NCBI GenBank assembly: GCA_905178155.1
Contig: CAJINV010000015.1
Coordinates: forward strand, 1 to 64,000
Direction: 5' to 3'
Source: Amoebophrya sp. A120
Lineage: Eukaryota > Protista > Dinoflagellata
DNA: 64,000 nt
In this document: positions 1 to 11,761 of the stretch, piece by piece
Numbering within the stretch: the first letter of the stretch is position 1
Layout of the letters: each line of letters starts with the position of its first letter
Notes under the pieces: generated by a model
The model's database searches: none
Told to the model about the DNA's origin: nothing
Seen by the model: the letters and a program-made list of their open reading frames with translations, nothing else
Made by a program: the position numbers and the translations under genes

Positions 1-55
1 AAAACCCTAAAACCCTAAAACCCTAAAACCCTAAAACCTAAACCCTAACCCTAAA
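1..55. repeat. Telomeric repeat, (AAAACCCT)n = TTTTAGGG, with degenerate proximal units
   Basis: Four perfect AAAACCCT units (1-32), then AAAACCT, AAACCCT, AACCCT at the start of the window; C-rich strand at the 5' end as expected for a left chromosome end. Confidence 0.92.
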
Positions 56-3000
56 TCCGAAAGCCAGACCCCAGGCAAGACACGCTCTGAGTCCGCCCCC
101 CCTGCCCGACAAGTCCCGTAGTACGGGACTTGTTCCGGAACACGACCTGAGTCCACTGACTTGCCTGGTTGGCTTCTGTGGGGTTCCTGAACCCCAAACC
201 CTGGCCCACTGATCTTCGAAAACGAGACCCGAGGCAAAACACGCTCTGACACCGCCGGCACCCCCAAACCCTGCCCGACAAGTCCCGTAGTACGGGACTT
301 GTGCCGAAACACGACCGGAGTCCATTGATTTGCCTGATTGGCTTCAATGGGGTTCCTTAACCCCAAACCCTGGCCCACTGATCTTCGAAAGAGAGACCTG
401 AGGCGAGACACGCTCTGAGTCCGCCGATATCCCCAAATCCTGCCCGACAAGTCCCGTAGTACGGGCCTTGTGCCGAAACACGACCCGTGTCCATTGATTT
501 GCTTGATTGGCTTCCGTGGGGTTCCTTAACCCCAAACCCGGGCCCAATGATCTCCGAAAGCCAGACCCCAGGCGAGACACGCTCTGAGTCCGCCGATATC
601 CCCAAACCCTGCCCGACAAATCCCGTAGTGCGGGACTTGTGCCGACACACGACCTGAGTCCATTGATTTGCTTCATTGGCTTCAATGGGGTTCCTGAACC
701 CCAAACCCTGGCCCGCTGATCTTCGAAAGCGAGACCTGAGACAAAACACGCTCTCAGTCCGCCGATAACCCCAAACCGTGCCCGACAAGTCCCGTAGTGC
801 GGGACTTGTGCCGAAACACGACCGGAGTCCATTGATTTGCTTGATTGGCTTCTGTGGGGTTCCTTAACCACAAACCCTGGGCCACTGATCTCCGAAAGCG
901 AGACTCCAGGCAAAGCACGCGCTGAGCCCGCCGATATCACCAAACCCTGCCCGACAAGTCCCGTAGTGCGGGACTTGTGCCGAAACACGAGCGGAGTCCA
1001 TTGATTTGCTTGATTGGCTTCTGTGGGGTTCCTTAACCACACACCCTGGGCCACTGATCTCCGAAAGCGAGACTCCAGGCAAAGCACGCGCTGAGCCCGC
1101 CGATATCACCAAACCCTGCCCGACAAGTCCCGTAGTGCGGGACTTGTGCCGAAACACGAGCGGAGTCCATTGATTTGCTTGATTGGCTTCTGTGGGGTTC
1201 CTTAACCACACACCCTGGGCCACTGATCTCCGAAAGCGAGACTCCAGGCAAAGCACGCGCTGAGCCCGCCGATATCACCAAACCCTGCCCGACAAGTCCC
1301 GTAGTGCGGGACTTGTGCCGAAACACGAGCGGAGTCCATTGATTTGCTTGATTGGCTTCTGTGGGGTTCCTTAACCACACACCCTGGGCCACTGATCTCC
1401 GAAAGCGAGACTCCAGGCAAAGCACGCGCTGAGCCCGCCGATATCACCAAACCCTGCCCGACAAGTCCCGTAGTGCGGGACTTGTGCCGAAACACGAGCG
1501 GAGTCCATTGATTTGCTTGATTGGCTTCTGTGGGGTTCCTTAACCACACACCCTGGGCCACTGATCTCCGAAAGCGAGACTCCAGGCAAAGCACGCGCTG
1601 AGCCCGCCGATATCACCAAACCCTGCCCGACAAGTCCCGTAGTGCGGGACTTGTGCCGAAACACGAGCGGAGTCCATTGATTTGCTTGATTGGCTTCTGT
1701 GGGGTTCCTTAACCACACACCCTGGGCCACTGATCTCCGAAAGCGAGACTCCAGGCAAAGCACGCGCTGAGCCCGCCGATATCACCAAACCCTGCCCGAC
1801 AAGTCCCGTAGTGCGGGACTTGTGCCGAAACACGAGCGGAGTCCATTGATTTGCTTGATTGGCTTCTGTGGGGTTCCTTAACCACACACCCTGGGCCACT
1901 GATCTCCGAAAGCGAGACTCCAGGCAAAGCACGCGCTGAGCCCGCCGATATCACCAAACCCTGCCCGACAAGTCCCGTAGTGCGGGACTTGTGCCGAAAC
2001 ACGAGCGGAGTCCATTGATTTGCTTGATTGGCTTCTGTGGGGTTCCTTAACCACACACCCTGGGCCACTGATCTCCGAAAGCGAGACTCCAGGCAAAGCA
2101 CGCGCTGAGCCCGCCGATATCACCAAACCCTGCCCGACAAGTCCCGTAGTGCGGGACTTGTGCCGAAACACGAGCGGAGTCCATTGATTTGCTTGATTGG
2201 CTTCTGTGGGGTTCCTTAACCACACACCCTGGGCCACTGATCTCCGAAAGCGAGACTCCAGGCAAAGCACGCGCTGAGCCCGCCGATATCACCAAACCCT
2301 GCCCGACAAGTCCCGTAGTGCGGGACTTGTGCCGAAACACGAGCGGAGTCCATTGATTTGCTTGATTGGCTTCTGTGGGGTTCCTTAACCACACACCCTG
2401 GGCCACTGATCTCCGAAAGCGAGACTCCAGGCAAAGCACGCGCTGAGCCCGCCGATATCACCAAACCCTGCCCGACAAGTCCCGTAGTGCGGGACTTGTG
2501 CCGAAACACGAGCGGAGTCCATTGATTTGCTTGATTGGCTTCTGTGGGGTTCCTTAACCACACACCCTGGGCCACTGATCTCCGAAAGCGAGACTCCAGG
2601 CAAAGCACGCGCTGAGCCCGCCGATATCACCAAACCCTGCCCGACAAGTCCCGTAGTGCGGGACTTGTGCCGAAACACGAGCGGAGTCCATTGATTTGCT
2701 TGATTGGCTTCTGTGGGGTTCCTTAACCACACACCCTGGGCCACTGATCTCCGAAAGCGAGACTCCAGGCAAAACACGCGCTGAGCCCGCCGATATCACC
2801 AAACCCTGCCCGACAAGTCCCGTAGTGCGGGACTTGTGCCGAAACACGACCGGACTCCATTGATTTGCCAGATTGGCTTCCGTGGGGTTCCTTAACCACA
2901 CACCCTGGGCCACTGATCTCCGAAAGCGAGACTCCAGGCAAAACACGCACTGAGCCCGCCGATATCACCAAACCCTGCCCGACAAGTCCCGTAGTGCGGG

Positions 3001-3825
3001 ACTTGTGCCGAAACACGACCGGACTCCATTGATTTGCCAGATTGGCTTCCGTGGGGTTCCTTAACCACACACCCTGGGCCACTGATCTCCGAAAGCGAGA
3101 CTCCAGGCAAAACACGCACTGAGCCCGCCGATATCACCAAACCCTGCCCGACAAGTCCCGTAGTGCGGGACTTGTGCCGAAACACGACCGGACTCCATTG
3201 ATTTGCCAGATTGGCTTCCGTGGGGTTCCTTAACCCGAAACCCTTGCCCACTGATCTTCGAAAGCAAGGCCTGAGGCAAAACACACTCTGAGTCCGCCGA
3301 TATCCCCAAACCCTGCCCGACAAGTCCCATAGTTCGGGACTGGTGCCAAAACACGACCCGAGTCCATTGATTTGCTTGATTGGCTTCTGTGGGGTTCGTA
3401 AACCCCAAACCCTGGCCCACTGATCCTCGAAAGCAAGGCCGGACGCGAGACACGCCCTGAGTCCGCCGATACCCCCAAACCCTGCCCGACAAGTCCCATA
3501 GTACGGGACTTATGCCGAAACACGACCGGAGTCCATTGATTTGCCTGATTGGCTTCCGTGGGGTTCCTTAACCCCAAACCCTGGCCCACTGATCTTCGAA
3601 AGCAAGACCTGAGGCAGAACACGCTCTGAGTCCGCCGATATCCCCAAACCCTGCCCGACAAGTCCCATAGTACGGGACTTGTGCCGAAACACGACCTGAG
3701 TCCATTGATTTGCTTGGTTGGCTTCTGTGGGGTTCGTTAACCCCAAACCCTGGCCCACTGATCTTCGAAAGCAAGACCCGACACAAAAGACGCCCTGAGT
3801 CCGCCGATACCCCCAAACCCTGCCC
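56..3825. repeat. Subtelomeric tandem satellite, 169-bp unit, ~22 copies
   Basis: Identical spurious ORFs recur every 169 bp (864, 1033, 1202 ... 2216). Central copies are identical and flanking copies diverged. The unit contains CCCAAACCCT motifs and an ACAAGTCCCG..CGGGACTTGT inverted repeat. Confidence 0.97.
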
Positions 3826-4822
3826 GAGGACTGGATATGGAGAATTCAATCGAGGATGAGAACTTGAGAATGAGAACTGATCGAGTGATGATCGTGAATC
3901 AATGCGACAAATTCAAAAGTGGGTGAATGTCGGATTTTTGCAGGCGGAAAAATGCAGACGCCTCTACTATTTTCACAACAATCTGCTACTATTTTCACAA
4001 CAGATAGTTCTACTTCGAGCCCCTCGGCAGGCTAAAATAAAAACTACTGGTCGCGCACTTCTCGGTCGTTTTTCTGTTTTCTCAAAGCAACGCTTTCACA
4101 TTCAAAAAAGAATACTGATCCTTTCATCAAAAGTAACAAAGAAAAAACTTGAGTTTCGGCGTAAGACAGACCTTTCGAGGCTCTGCAGCACACGTAACCC
4201 ACAGCCAGGTGGGCAGTAGCAAACCTTCAAAAAAAGTAAAAACAAAAAACAAAACTTTCGACAACAGCAGCACTTTAAGTCAGGAATCTCTTTCCACAGA
4301 GGCATCTTTTCTCAAAAACACGTTTGTTAGTCTCTGCGACCGCTTTTACTTTTCTCTTTCGCGAACCTTCCTCTGTTTTCTCGTTTAGCTTTCAACTACC
4401 AAGCAAGGCTTTTCAACATTTAGACTTTCCCTGTCGATTTCAACTTTTTTAGCAGCAAAGCTTTTTCATTTTCGTTCTACCAGGAAGTTCTGTTTTTCTC
4501 AAGAAAGAGCTCAAAGTGGCTCACTCTAACTGGTATTTTTATTGAAATAGCGCTAGCACACACGTGAGAAGAAAACCTTCGCCCGGATTCCGTGTATCCA
4601 TTACCAACAACAACAACAATCTGTCCCGATGCTTATTGTAGAGGAGAAACAACGCAAAGAGATTCTGAATCTGGATCGCAATAGTGATGCTTTCGAGAAA
4701 TTTTTTCATTGTTTATTGGCGTGCCTGTACTCAAATGCAGGTCGTGTGATATCTACAGCCTGTGTCTGCGACTTCAGTACTGTCTATGTTCTGAAGACGA
4801 GTTTGTGGCAAGTGGGTTCTTC

Positions 4823-4876
4823 CAGAAGCGTACGCCCCACGAACAATCAGAAGCGTACGCCCCACGAACAATCAGA
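4823..4876. repeat. 25-bp tandem duplication
   Basis: CAGAAGCGTACGCCCCACGAACAAT occurs twice in tandem. Confidence 0.85.
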
Positions 4877-5221
4877 CGAAAACAGGGAAGCGGTGCGAGT
4901 AGCCGCCGAAATGAGGTGTTCTACGAAAAACCGGAGGGCAAAACAGTGGCCCCCAACGAGGAAACTTTGAAAGATTCTGACGTTGCCCACAAAGAGGTCC
5001 TCAGCAAGACACTTGTTTCGGAGCAGGAAAATAAACACGCTTTTCGACGTGGGGAGTTGATACTATTTGTGTTTTGCAAGTATCTTGGAATTTTTCTACA
5101 GTGCAAAAGATCCGACGCTTGTAACAACAAAGCGCACGCTCACTATAATTTTTCCCTAGGACTGCAGTGCTTCGACTGAAAAACTGGTCTTCTCAGAATC
5201 TGCAGACAAACAAGTCAGCTG

Positions 5222-6944
5222 CTAAAAGAGTTCTGCATGCGCACACAGATCTGCATGCAGACACTTAATCAAATTCAGCTGTGGCCAGAAGCGGGTCTCC
5301 AGCATTTTCCGATACGGTTCCATTCGCTGTCGCCAGGCTTCACACCGGCTTCTGGTCAATCCTACATCGGTTTTGCCGGTCAATGCAGGATCGCAGAAGC
5401 TGAACGTCGTGGCAAGTAACTCGTTCTCGGTGTTTTGCGATCCGGAGTTGCCGCTTTGGAAGGATTCCGGCGTTATTAGCTTTCTACTCAGTTGCAGTCC
5501 CGCCTTGATTCGCTGCTGCTCAGTGAACGTTTTCGGTGCAAAGTAGTTGAACAGTATCTCCTCCCCAGGCAATATGGTTTGCGTTGCCCGCGCGGCCTCG
5601 GCACCGATCGGATTACTCCTCGTCGCCTCGAAACCCGCCCACTCCGCATTGGTGTGATGGAGGTCATGATTGGCCATGTCGATGAAGGGGATGATGGCGA
5701 CTTTGTTGCGCTCGGAAAACATCGGGATGGCGCGCTGGTCTAGGAGGATGTGAGCGCGTTGTATGCAAAAGAAAAGTTTGGCCCTTCTAAGAATGAAGTG
5801 CTGACGTCTGCCATACAGAAGTGGTCTACGGAACAAGTTTTTCGGAGAGGTTGACAATTTGCAGCATAGTCATTCATCCTCACACATGCGCTGCTCCATA
5901 CTGATTCGTAGGCCCCTACGTCTCCAGATTTCAGGCGTTGCATGCCGTACATGGGCAGGCAAAGACGGAAGACTCGGACAAACTACTACGAAAATGGGGC
6001 AAAACAGTTCTCGTCGTACGCAACAGTGCGTCGTCCGGCATCGGAATGTCTTGCCGCTCCGAATGCGGTCGGGGTCCCGCCACAGAAGAAGAGGCGTCTT
6101 GCTTTTCGTATTTCTGCCTCGCCATGTTCTTCTGTCGATCGAGCGCCTGCGCAAAAGTGACCGAGAAGGACTGGATGTTCTTCAGGATCGACTCGGGAAG
6201 CCGCCACAGGCCTTGAAACTCTTCCAGCGATGGTAAAAAGTTCGCGTAGTCCAGAAACGAGGTTTTGTCTTGCTTCGTAGCTGATTTACGTTTGCAGGCA
6301 GACGAGGCGATCAGTGCCGGCGGTTGCGTGGAATTCATTTGCGCCGTACCATTTGTCTTCTGGGGATCTTCAGTGGGCACTGCAGATGTTGAGGTGACGC
6401 CACCGGTGTCTTCAATGTCGAAGCACTTCTCTTCATGTCCGAGCACCGAGAGCGTATCTCCATCCGCTGCTGTCGTATGCTCCCCCGCGGCGTCAGGTGT
6501 GTTTTTTCGTAGCTCGTCTGCTGCCAGGAGCGTTTCCGCAAAACCGTGAACGCAGGACGGCACGCTCCGTGCGGGGCAAGGAAACAGCAAATCTTGCGGG
6601 ATAACGGCAATAATGTCGTTCTTTTCGATCTTCACCCTGGCAAACAGACCGCGAATATTCGCGCTGTTCTTCCTAGTGCCGACATACACCTTTGTCAAAT
6701 TCGTTCGCGGATAGTCGCGCTCATACTGTCGGGCCAGTTGCTCAAAAGCCAATAATGCTTTTCCTTGAGCTGTTTGCTCCCCTCCTTGGGCGGGATTTTT
6801 AATGAACAAGTCTGCACGTAGTGCAGGAGTTGGCATCGCGGAAAATTCCTCGGCGGAAGCAAAGACCACGATATGGGCCAGAAAAGTACTGACCTGCCAG
6901 CACTGCCAAGAGGCGACTACGAGACGGAGCAAATACGCCGTCAT
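5222..6944 (-). CDS. SET-domain protein lysine methyltransferase (Rubisco-LSMT/SETD3/SETD6-like), 2 exons, hydrophobic N-terminus
   Basis: Motifs IRGLFARVKIEKNDIIAVIP, YANFLP, IIPFIDMANH and ILPGEEILFNY. ORFs 5931-6944 and 5222-5857 join in frame if 5762-5949 plus 5 nt is removed (..FACPCAHILLDQRA..). Confidence 0.85.
5762..5949. mobile_element. Degenerate introner in the SET gene
   Basis: Ends TATGC...CCGTA, flanks CGTTG/CATGG; removing 193 nt restores the frame. Confidence 0.55.
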
Positions 6945-7356
6945 TTTGTTTTTCCTCGCTAAAGAGGCTCCGAAGCCACAAAAGTGTACATTTTTGGCAA
7001 AAGCGTCAAGCTGAAATTCGATCTATCTGCAAAAAAAAAAATCGGTCGCCCTTGCGAGAATGTGCTTGCGCACCTTTACTATATCTAAGGTGTGCCCGGG
7101 GGTTTGAGAAGTCGCTTCGCATGGCGAAAGCAGTTCGTTGTGCCAGACTAGTGATGTCTAAGGAACACAAAATCAGACCGCTTGTAGAACCATTACACGT
7201 GGCAGTGCGCAGAGCTTTGCACACCAACTGATGCGTGTTTCTACACGACTCTGGACTGGGTCTTTTGAGTCAACAAGAACCACAGAACAAAAGACAACTT
7301 GGCAAATGCGTGTAAGAACAGATGATAAGTACTCGTATAGAGGACAGCGATCTACT

Positions 7357-10300
7357 CTACTCGTCCGGCCACAAGAAGTTTTGTATCAACGGCAGAACCT
7401 TCAAATGACTGACGTCGGCGAAAATGACTTCGATGTCTTCCAGAGACTTTGCATTCACAATGAGTTTCTCCTTGAAAGCGAAGATTGCAGCTGCGAGTAC
7501 CGCGAAGATTTCCGTTGATTCGTACCCGAGAACGAGCTATGGAAGGAGAATTTGTCATGCGTTGTTCACTTCATCGAGTCAGTCGCTGTAGTACGAGAAG
7601 GTCGGCGAGCACCTCCCTCATTATGCTTTCAGAGGGTCTACTCTTCACAGTGCTCTTGCCGCTAGAGCAAAGATTTCCACAAGGCAACATTTCCATGACA
7701 GATGACTCCGCTCTGCATCACAGAATGATCATGTCGAAAATACACCCAAATTTTTCCTCATTTGCATACCCGATCCCACAGGTACAACACCTCGTCCGTG
7801 TGCAAAAATCCCACGAAGCCCTTCACTATCCAAGGAAGCACGATTTTCAGCGCCAGTGCGGAGGCTTGGTGGAGTTCGGCAGCCGTTGGTGCGTGCGTAA
7901 CGTTTGGGTTGTTCCGCGAATTGCTTGCGGTGCTGCTGTTGTGTGCCCCATGCTGCCCACCTTGCCCTGCAGTACAGCTCGCGCTCCCGATTTTCATCAG
8001 GTTGTGCGCCGCGAAGGGGCAGGCGAAGCAAAACAGCGTTTCGAACAGAGAAAGCAGTGGGAGCAACGTCCCGCGCTCCATGCTGATGGTGTGGAGCTTG
8101 CACAAGTGCCGACAGTAGAAGGCCTGGTACAGCGGGTACACGATATAACACAATAAACGCCCCCAAACAAAATAAAACTGGTTTCGCTATGGGCAGCAGG
8201 GCACTTCCGCATTCCAACTTTCCAAGTGCTAGAGCTATCAGGCGGTCATCTGTCGCGTGTTGACTCTTCTCCCAGGTGGTGACTGTTTGGCATATCGCGC
8301 CAGGCCACTGCACAACCCTAACTACTTAAGCTAGCGCTGCGCCCCCGTCGGCCCGACGCCGACCAAGCTAAACGGTTCTCCCTACGCCGAGGGCCGCGCG
8401 GAGGTGCGGCGGCTGATGCGGTGCCCAGCTTTTCAACTGGGCCCGCGCCGGGCTTTTGCGGTTTCTGGCGCTGGAGGAACACTCGAAAAGACGCGGGCTG
8501 CCACTTCGCAAAGATGGCTCGCGAGGCTTCGAAAAGCTGTAGCCACAGCTGCGCCGCACGCAGCTGTCTCGGGCCCGGGCCGAAAACGAGGCACGGCACG
8601 AAGACGGGCAGGCCCCCCCTTGTGCCCGCCAGGATACCAAACCCGGCTCAAACGCCCGCGCGCCGCGGAAACAAGCAGGCAACGCATGGGTGAAGCGCAA
8701 CAGGTCCGCTTCTGCACGGTCTCCCCCGCGAGTTGCCTACCAGGCCCCCGTGGGCAAGAAAGAAAGTGCGCGTCCTCGCCGTCGCCACCTAGTCAAAAAG
8801 TGCGCGTCCTCGGCGAAGCCGCTACTTCCTACCCGCCTTTTCCTCCGCCTTCCCCACCAACTCCTACACACAAGGAGAAGCGATTGCCTTTACTTGACAC
8901 TGCGCCCGCCTGCGCTGCACGCCTCTACACTGATCCCTTCACCCCCGCAGAGCAGGATGCGACTTCGGCCCCAATGGCCCTAAGCACTCAGGCGACTTAC
9001 AGCCGCCGCCCCTCCTGCGCAGCACAGCTTGAGCCAGTGGCCCGGAGCAATTTTGGTGTGCCAGACTCTCCTGGCTTTCTGTTGCGCAATGCTAGCGCGC
9101 AACGAGCAGCGACGCGATCCGGGGAAGAGGCGCAACGCGCATTCTGGTGGTGCGCGAGACAGAAGGGGGTCGCTTACTCAAGGCCCAATCGCCCAAGACG
9201 GTCGTCTGGAAGGATTTTCACCGCTGCCACCTGGCCGGCGCCACGCCACTCATGCTCATCCGCATGGAGCGACACGCACGGCATAAAACGTCTAAGCTTT
9301 GCTGGCCATAGGTTATTTCGTTCAGGGCCGACAGTAGAAGGCCTGGTACAGCGGGTACACGTCCTCCATCTTCATCGACAGGTAGCAGAACGGCGCCGCG
9401 TACGCGGAAAACCCCTGGAACGGCACGATACCGGAGGGGGGGATTTTTTGCAGCTTGCTCTGTTCCTGTTCCACTTTGGATTTCTCGCGGTAGTTGGAAG
9501 AAGTTGATGTGTGGTGAAAACTGCCCGTGGACGAGGAGGAGGCTGCGTAACTGCTCGCCGAATTGCTGAAGCTTTCCGGCTTGTAGCAAGGCAACAGATG
9601 CGTCGTCGGTGCCAGGAACGGAATTTGGGGCGTCACCACACAGTCGTCGAACACAGACGGGTCGCGGGTTAGGACTTTCACCAAATTTTCCATCAGCTCG
9701 TCAAAGGGAAAAAAATGCGGGTCGGATCCGCCGTTCTCACTGACGTCCAGCTTCAGCACGTCGTCGACCACCCACTCCGTGTGCTTCAGCAAGGATCGCG
9801 CGATGTTTTTCACCCAGTTTTTCTTCCGCGTGAACTCTTCCGGAATCGGCAACAGGGCGTTCTTCCAAAGCTTGTAGCGCAGGCCCGCGGGACAACCAGT
9901 GCGGGAGAATTTGAGGAAGTCAACAGCGTAGTTGCTCGTCGCTGGTTGTGAACTTGTGCCGGACGAAGGCTTCGAGCGGGTATTAGGACGAAGGGGTTTG
10001 AGCCAAGGCAAGAGATTTATTTGAGTGGTCTTCACAGAACCGACCCAGTAACAGGATCCATGGGATGCATCTACTTCTACACGTCACTGTTACTTTGGCT
10101 TCTAGACAGCACTACACGATTCCAATTCTGACTCAAAACCCTTTTTTTTCTTCGATAGCTTGAGGACGAGGATTTTTTGCTTGGGGAGGACAGCCCGCCC
10201 TGATTTGCGCTGCTTTCCGTCGGATGAAGCAGCTCCTGAGCCTCCGCGTACTTCTGCGATATGGCGTTCTCGATGTACTCATTTTCCTGCTGCAGTTTTG

Positions 10301-11761
10301 AGAGACCGCTTCCGCCGCCCCCGGCACAGGCCGCGATCTCGTCATCCAAATCGCTAAACAATGGATTACGGTACTGAGGTTTGATTTGATTTTTTTTTTT
10401 GAGATAAAGCCATCACTTCTTGCAACCAGTGCATGACACATTCCTGTAGTTTCCAACAGAAAGAATTATCGTGCGACACAACAAGCAAACATTCAAGAAC
10501 TTTACCGGGAAATCGTCTGCCCCAAGATTTATCAGCGGATTTATCCTACTCGCGGCCATGGAGCTGCTCAAATTGCCTGCTTCATCAGCACAATTCGTTC
10601 CGGGCATTAGTTCCGCGAAGTTTTTCCTCAAATCCGAGAACGACGGTACGTACAGCTGCGCCGGCAGGTGCAGCCAGTGCAGATCGGTATGCGGCGGCCC
10701 GCGGTTCGTCAGCATGTGAAACAAGTCTTTGAGCTCCGCGACGTACCGCGTCTTGACGCAGACTTCTTGGTCGTCCGTCGAGGAAAACAGGTTCGCAACC
10801 GTCTGCGCCTTCAGGGTTGGCGGCAGGTCGTCGGTTTTGGACATCTGCGAAATCGCGTTCACGTTCTCCATCACAGAACTCGGGGTCTGCTGATCAGACG
10901 TTCGATCGGATAAATTGCTGTTGTTCAGGAACGACGAATTGTTTCCGGGCTTCACATCGGCGCTGCTGGTGCTCGCAATGGTCAAATCGCGGAAGAACGG
11001 CTGCTTTTGCTCCTGCGCAAGCGCCTTCAGCTCCCGCAGTAGGGTTTCGCTCCACTGCTGGTACAGAATTTCGATCACGTTCAGGCTGCAGGGATGCAGT
11101 ATGGAATTATTCCCGATCGATATCAGAGAAAATAAAGGCCCAACGCAAGAATTCGAGTCGCGAAAATAGTTATACTTGTATGTAGAACTAGAAGGCTTAC
11201 AACCTCGTTATTTTTGCACGATTATTGACAAATGCTTCCCGTAGAGGGAAATCGCCCGGTACTTACTATTCGCAACTTTCCTACATAGAAAAAGACCACA
11301 CAGACGCTCCAACTACTGCGAAGGGTAGTTCTTTCTCACCCCATACTTGGTGGGATCGGATATTCCGGGCAAAAGATGTTCCGGTACACGTGGCGGTCCT
11401 TGTTGAGCCGCATCATTTTGGTGTACGTGAAATTCCGCACCTTGTTTCGAATCAGCGGCAGTGCGGGTGCGACCAGTGCCTGCGAGTCCATTTTCTTTAT
11501 CTCTGCCATGGTGACATCGCCGGAGGAATTGTCTTCGGGTTTCTGCTTCGGATTCGCTGCCTCCGCCCCCGAACTGCTTGCTGAAAACCAATTTCCACGA
11601 AAAGGCTCGTGCCTGTACACCTGCGCCAGCAGCTTCTCCTGGGCGTGCTTCTTCGCCAGCCAGAAAGTCTCGTCCCGCTGCAGGTCACTGCAAATCGAGC
11701 TGACATCCTGCTCTTTCAGGACCTTCTGGTGGAAGATGGAAAGTCCGTTACTCAGCGCCAT
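7357..11761 (-). CDS. TBC1D19: TBC1 domain family member 19-like Rab-GAP, at least 6 exons
   Basis: Reconstructed peptides GCPAGLRYKLW, DPHFFPFDE, PPSGIVPFQGFSAYAAPFCYL, YCRHLCKLHTIS, GFVGFLHTDEVLYLWDRVLGYESTEIFAVLAAAIFAF and LKVLPLIQNFLW follow the TBC1D19 pattern. Stop TAG at 7357-7359; canonical GT-AG intron 10374-10505. Confidence 0.88.
7538..7768. mobile_element. Introner with decayed TSD
   Basis: TATGG...TGCATA; removing element plus 5 nt gives the conserved WDR-V-LGY in frame. Confidence 0.75.
8108..9361. mobile_element. 1184-bp GC-rich insertion (8143-9326) flanked by a perfect 35-bp direct repeat of exon sequence
   Basis: GCCGACAGTAGAAGGCCTGGTACAGCGGGTACACG at 8108-8142 and 9327-9361; both copies encode VYPLYQAFYCR. 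Confidence 0.85.
9981..10157. mobile_element. Introner (degenerate, B-like ends)
   Basis: TATTAGGACGAAGGGGTTTGAG...CTCAAAACCCTTTTTTTTCTTCGATA; flanks GCGGG/GCTTG; frame restored. Confidence 0.7.
11100..11345. mobile_element. Probable old introner
   Basis: TATGG...CCATA ends; removing element plus 5 nt joins the 11336-11761 and 10413-11078 frames. Confidence 0.5.

Noticed and set aside
56-3825. CRISPR-like array (palindromic repeat at regular spacing)
   Set aside because: Sequence between the palindromes is identical, not unique spacers; no cas genes; telomeric eukaryotic context.
31-3849. Series of 130-247 aa ORFs repeated every 169 bp
   Set aside because: Artefact of a satellite whose unit is not a multiple of 3; the same peptide cycles through all frames.
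8404-9507. 367-aa plus-strand ORF as a possible transposase or RT of the insert
   Set aside because: Arg/Pro/Ala-rich GC artefact with no DDE, RT or recombinase motif; it runs out of the insert into the antisense of an exon.
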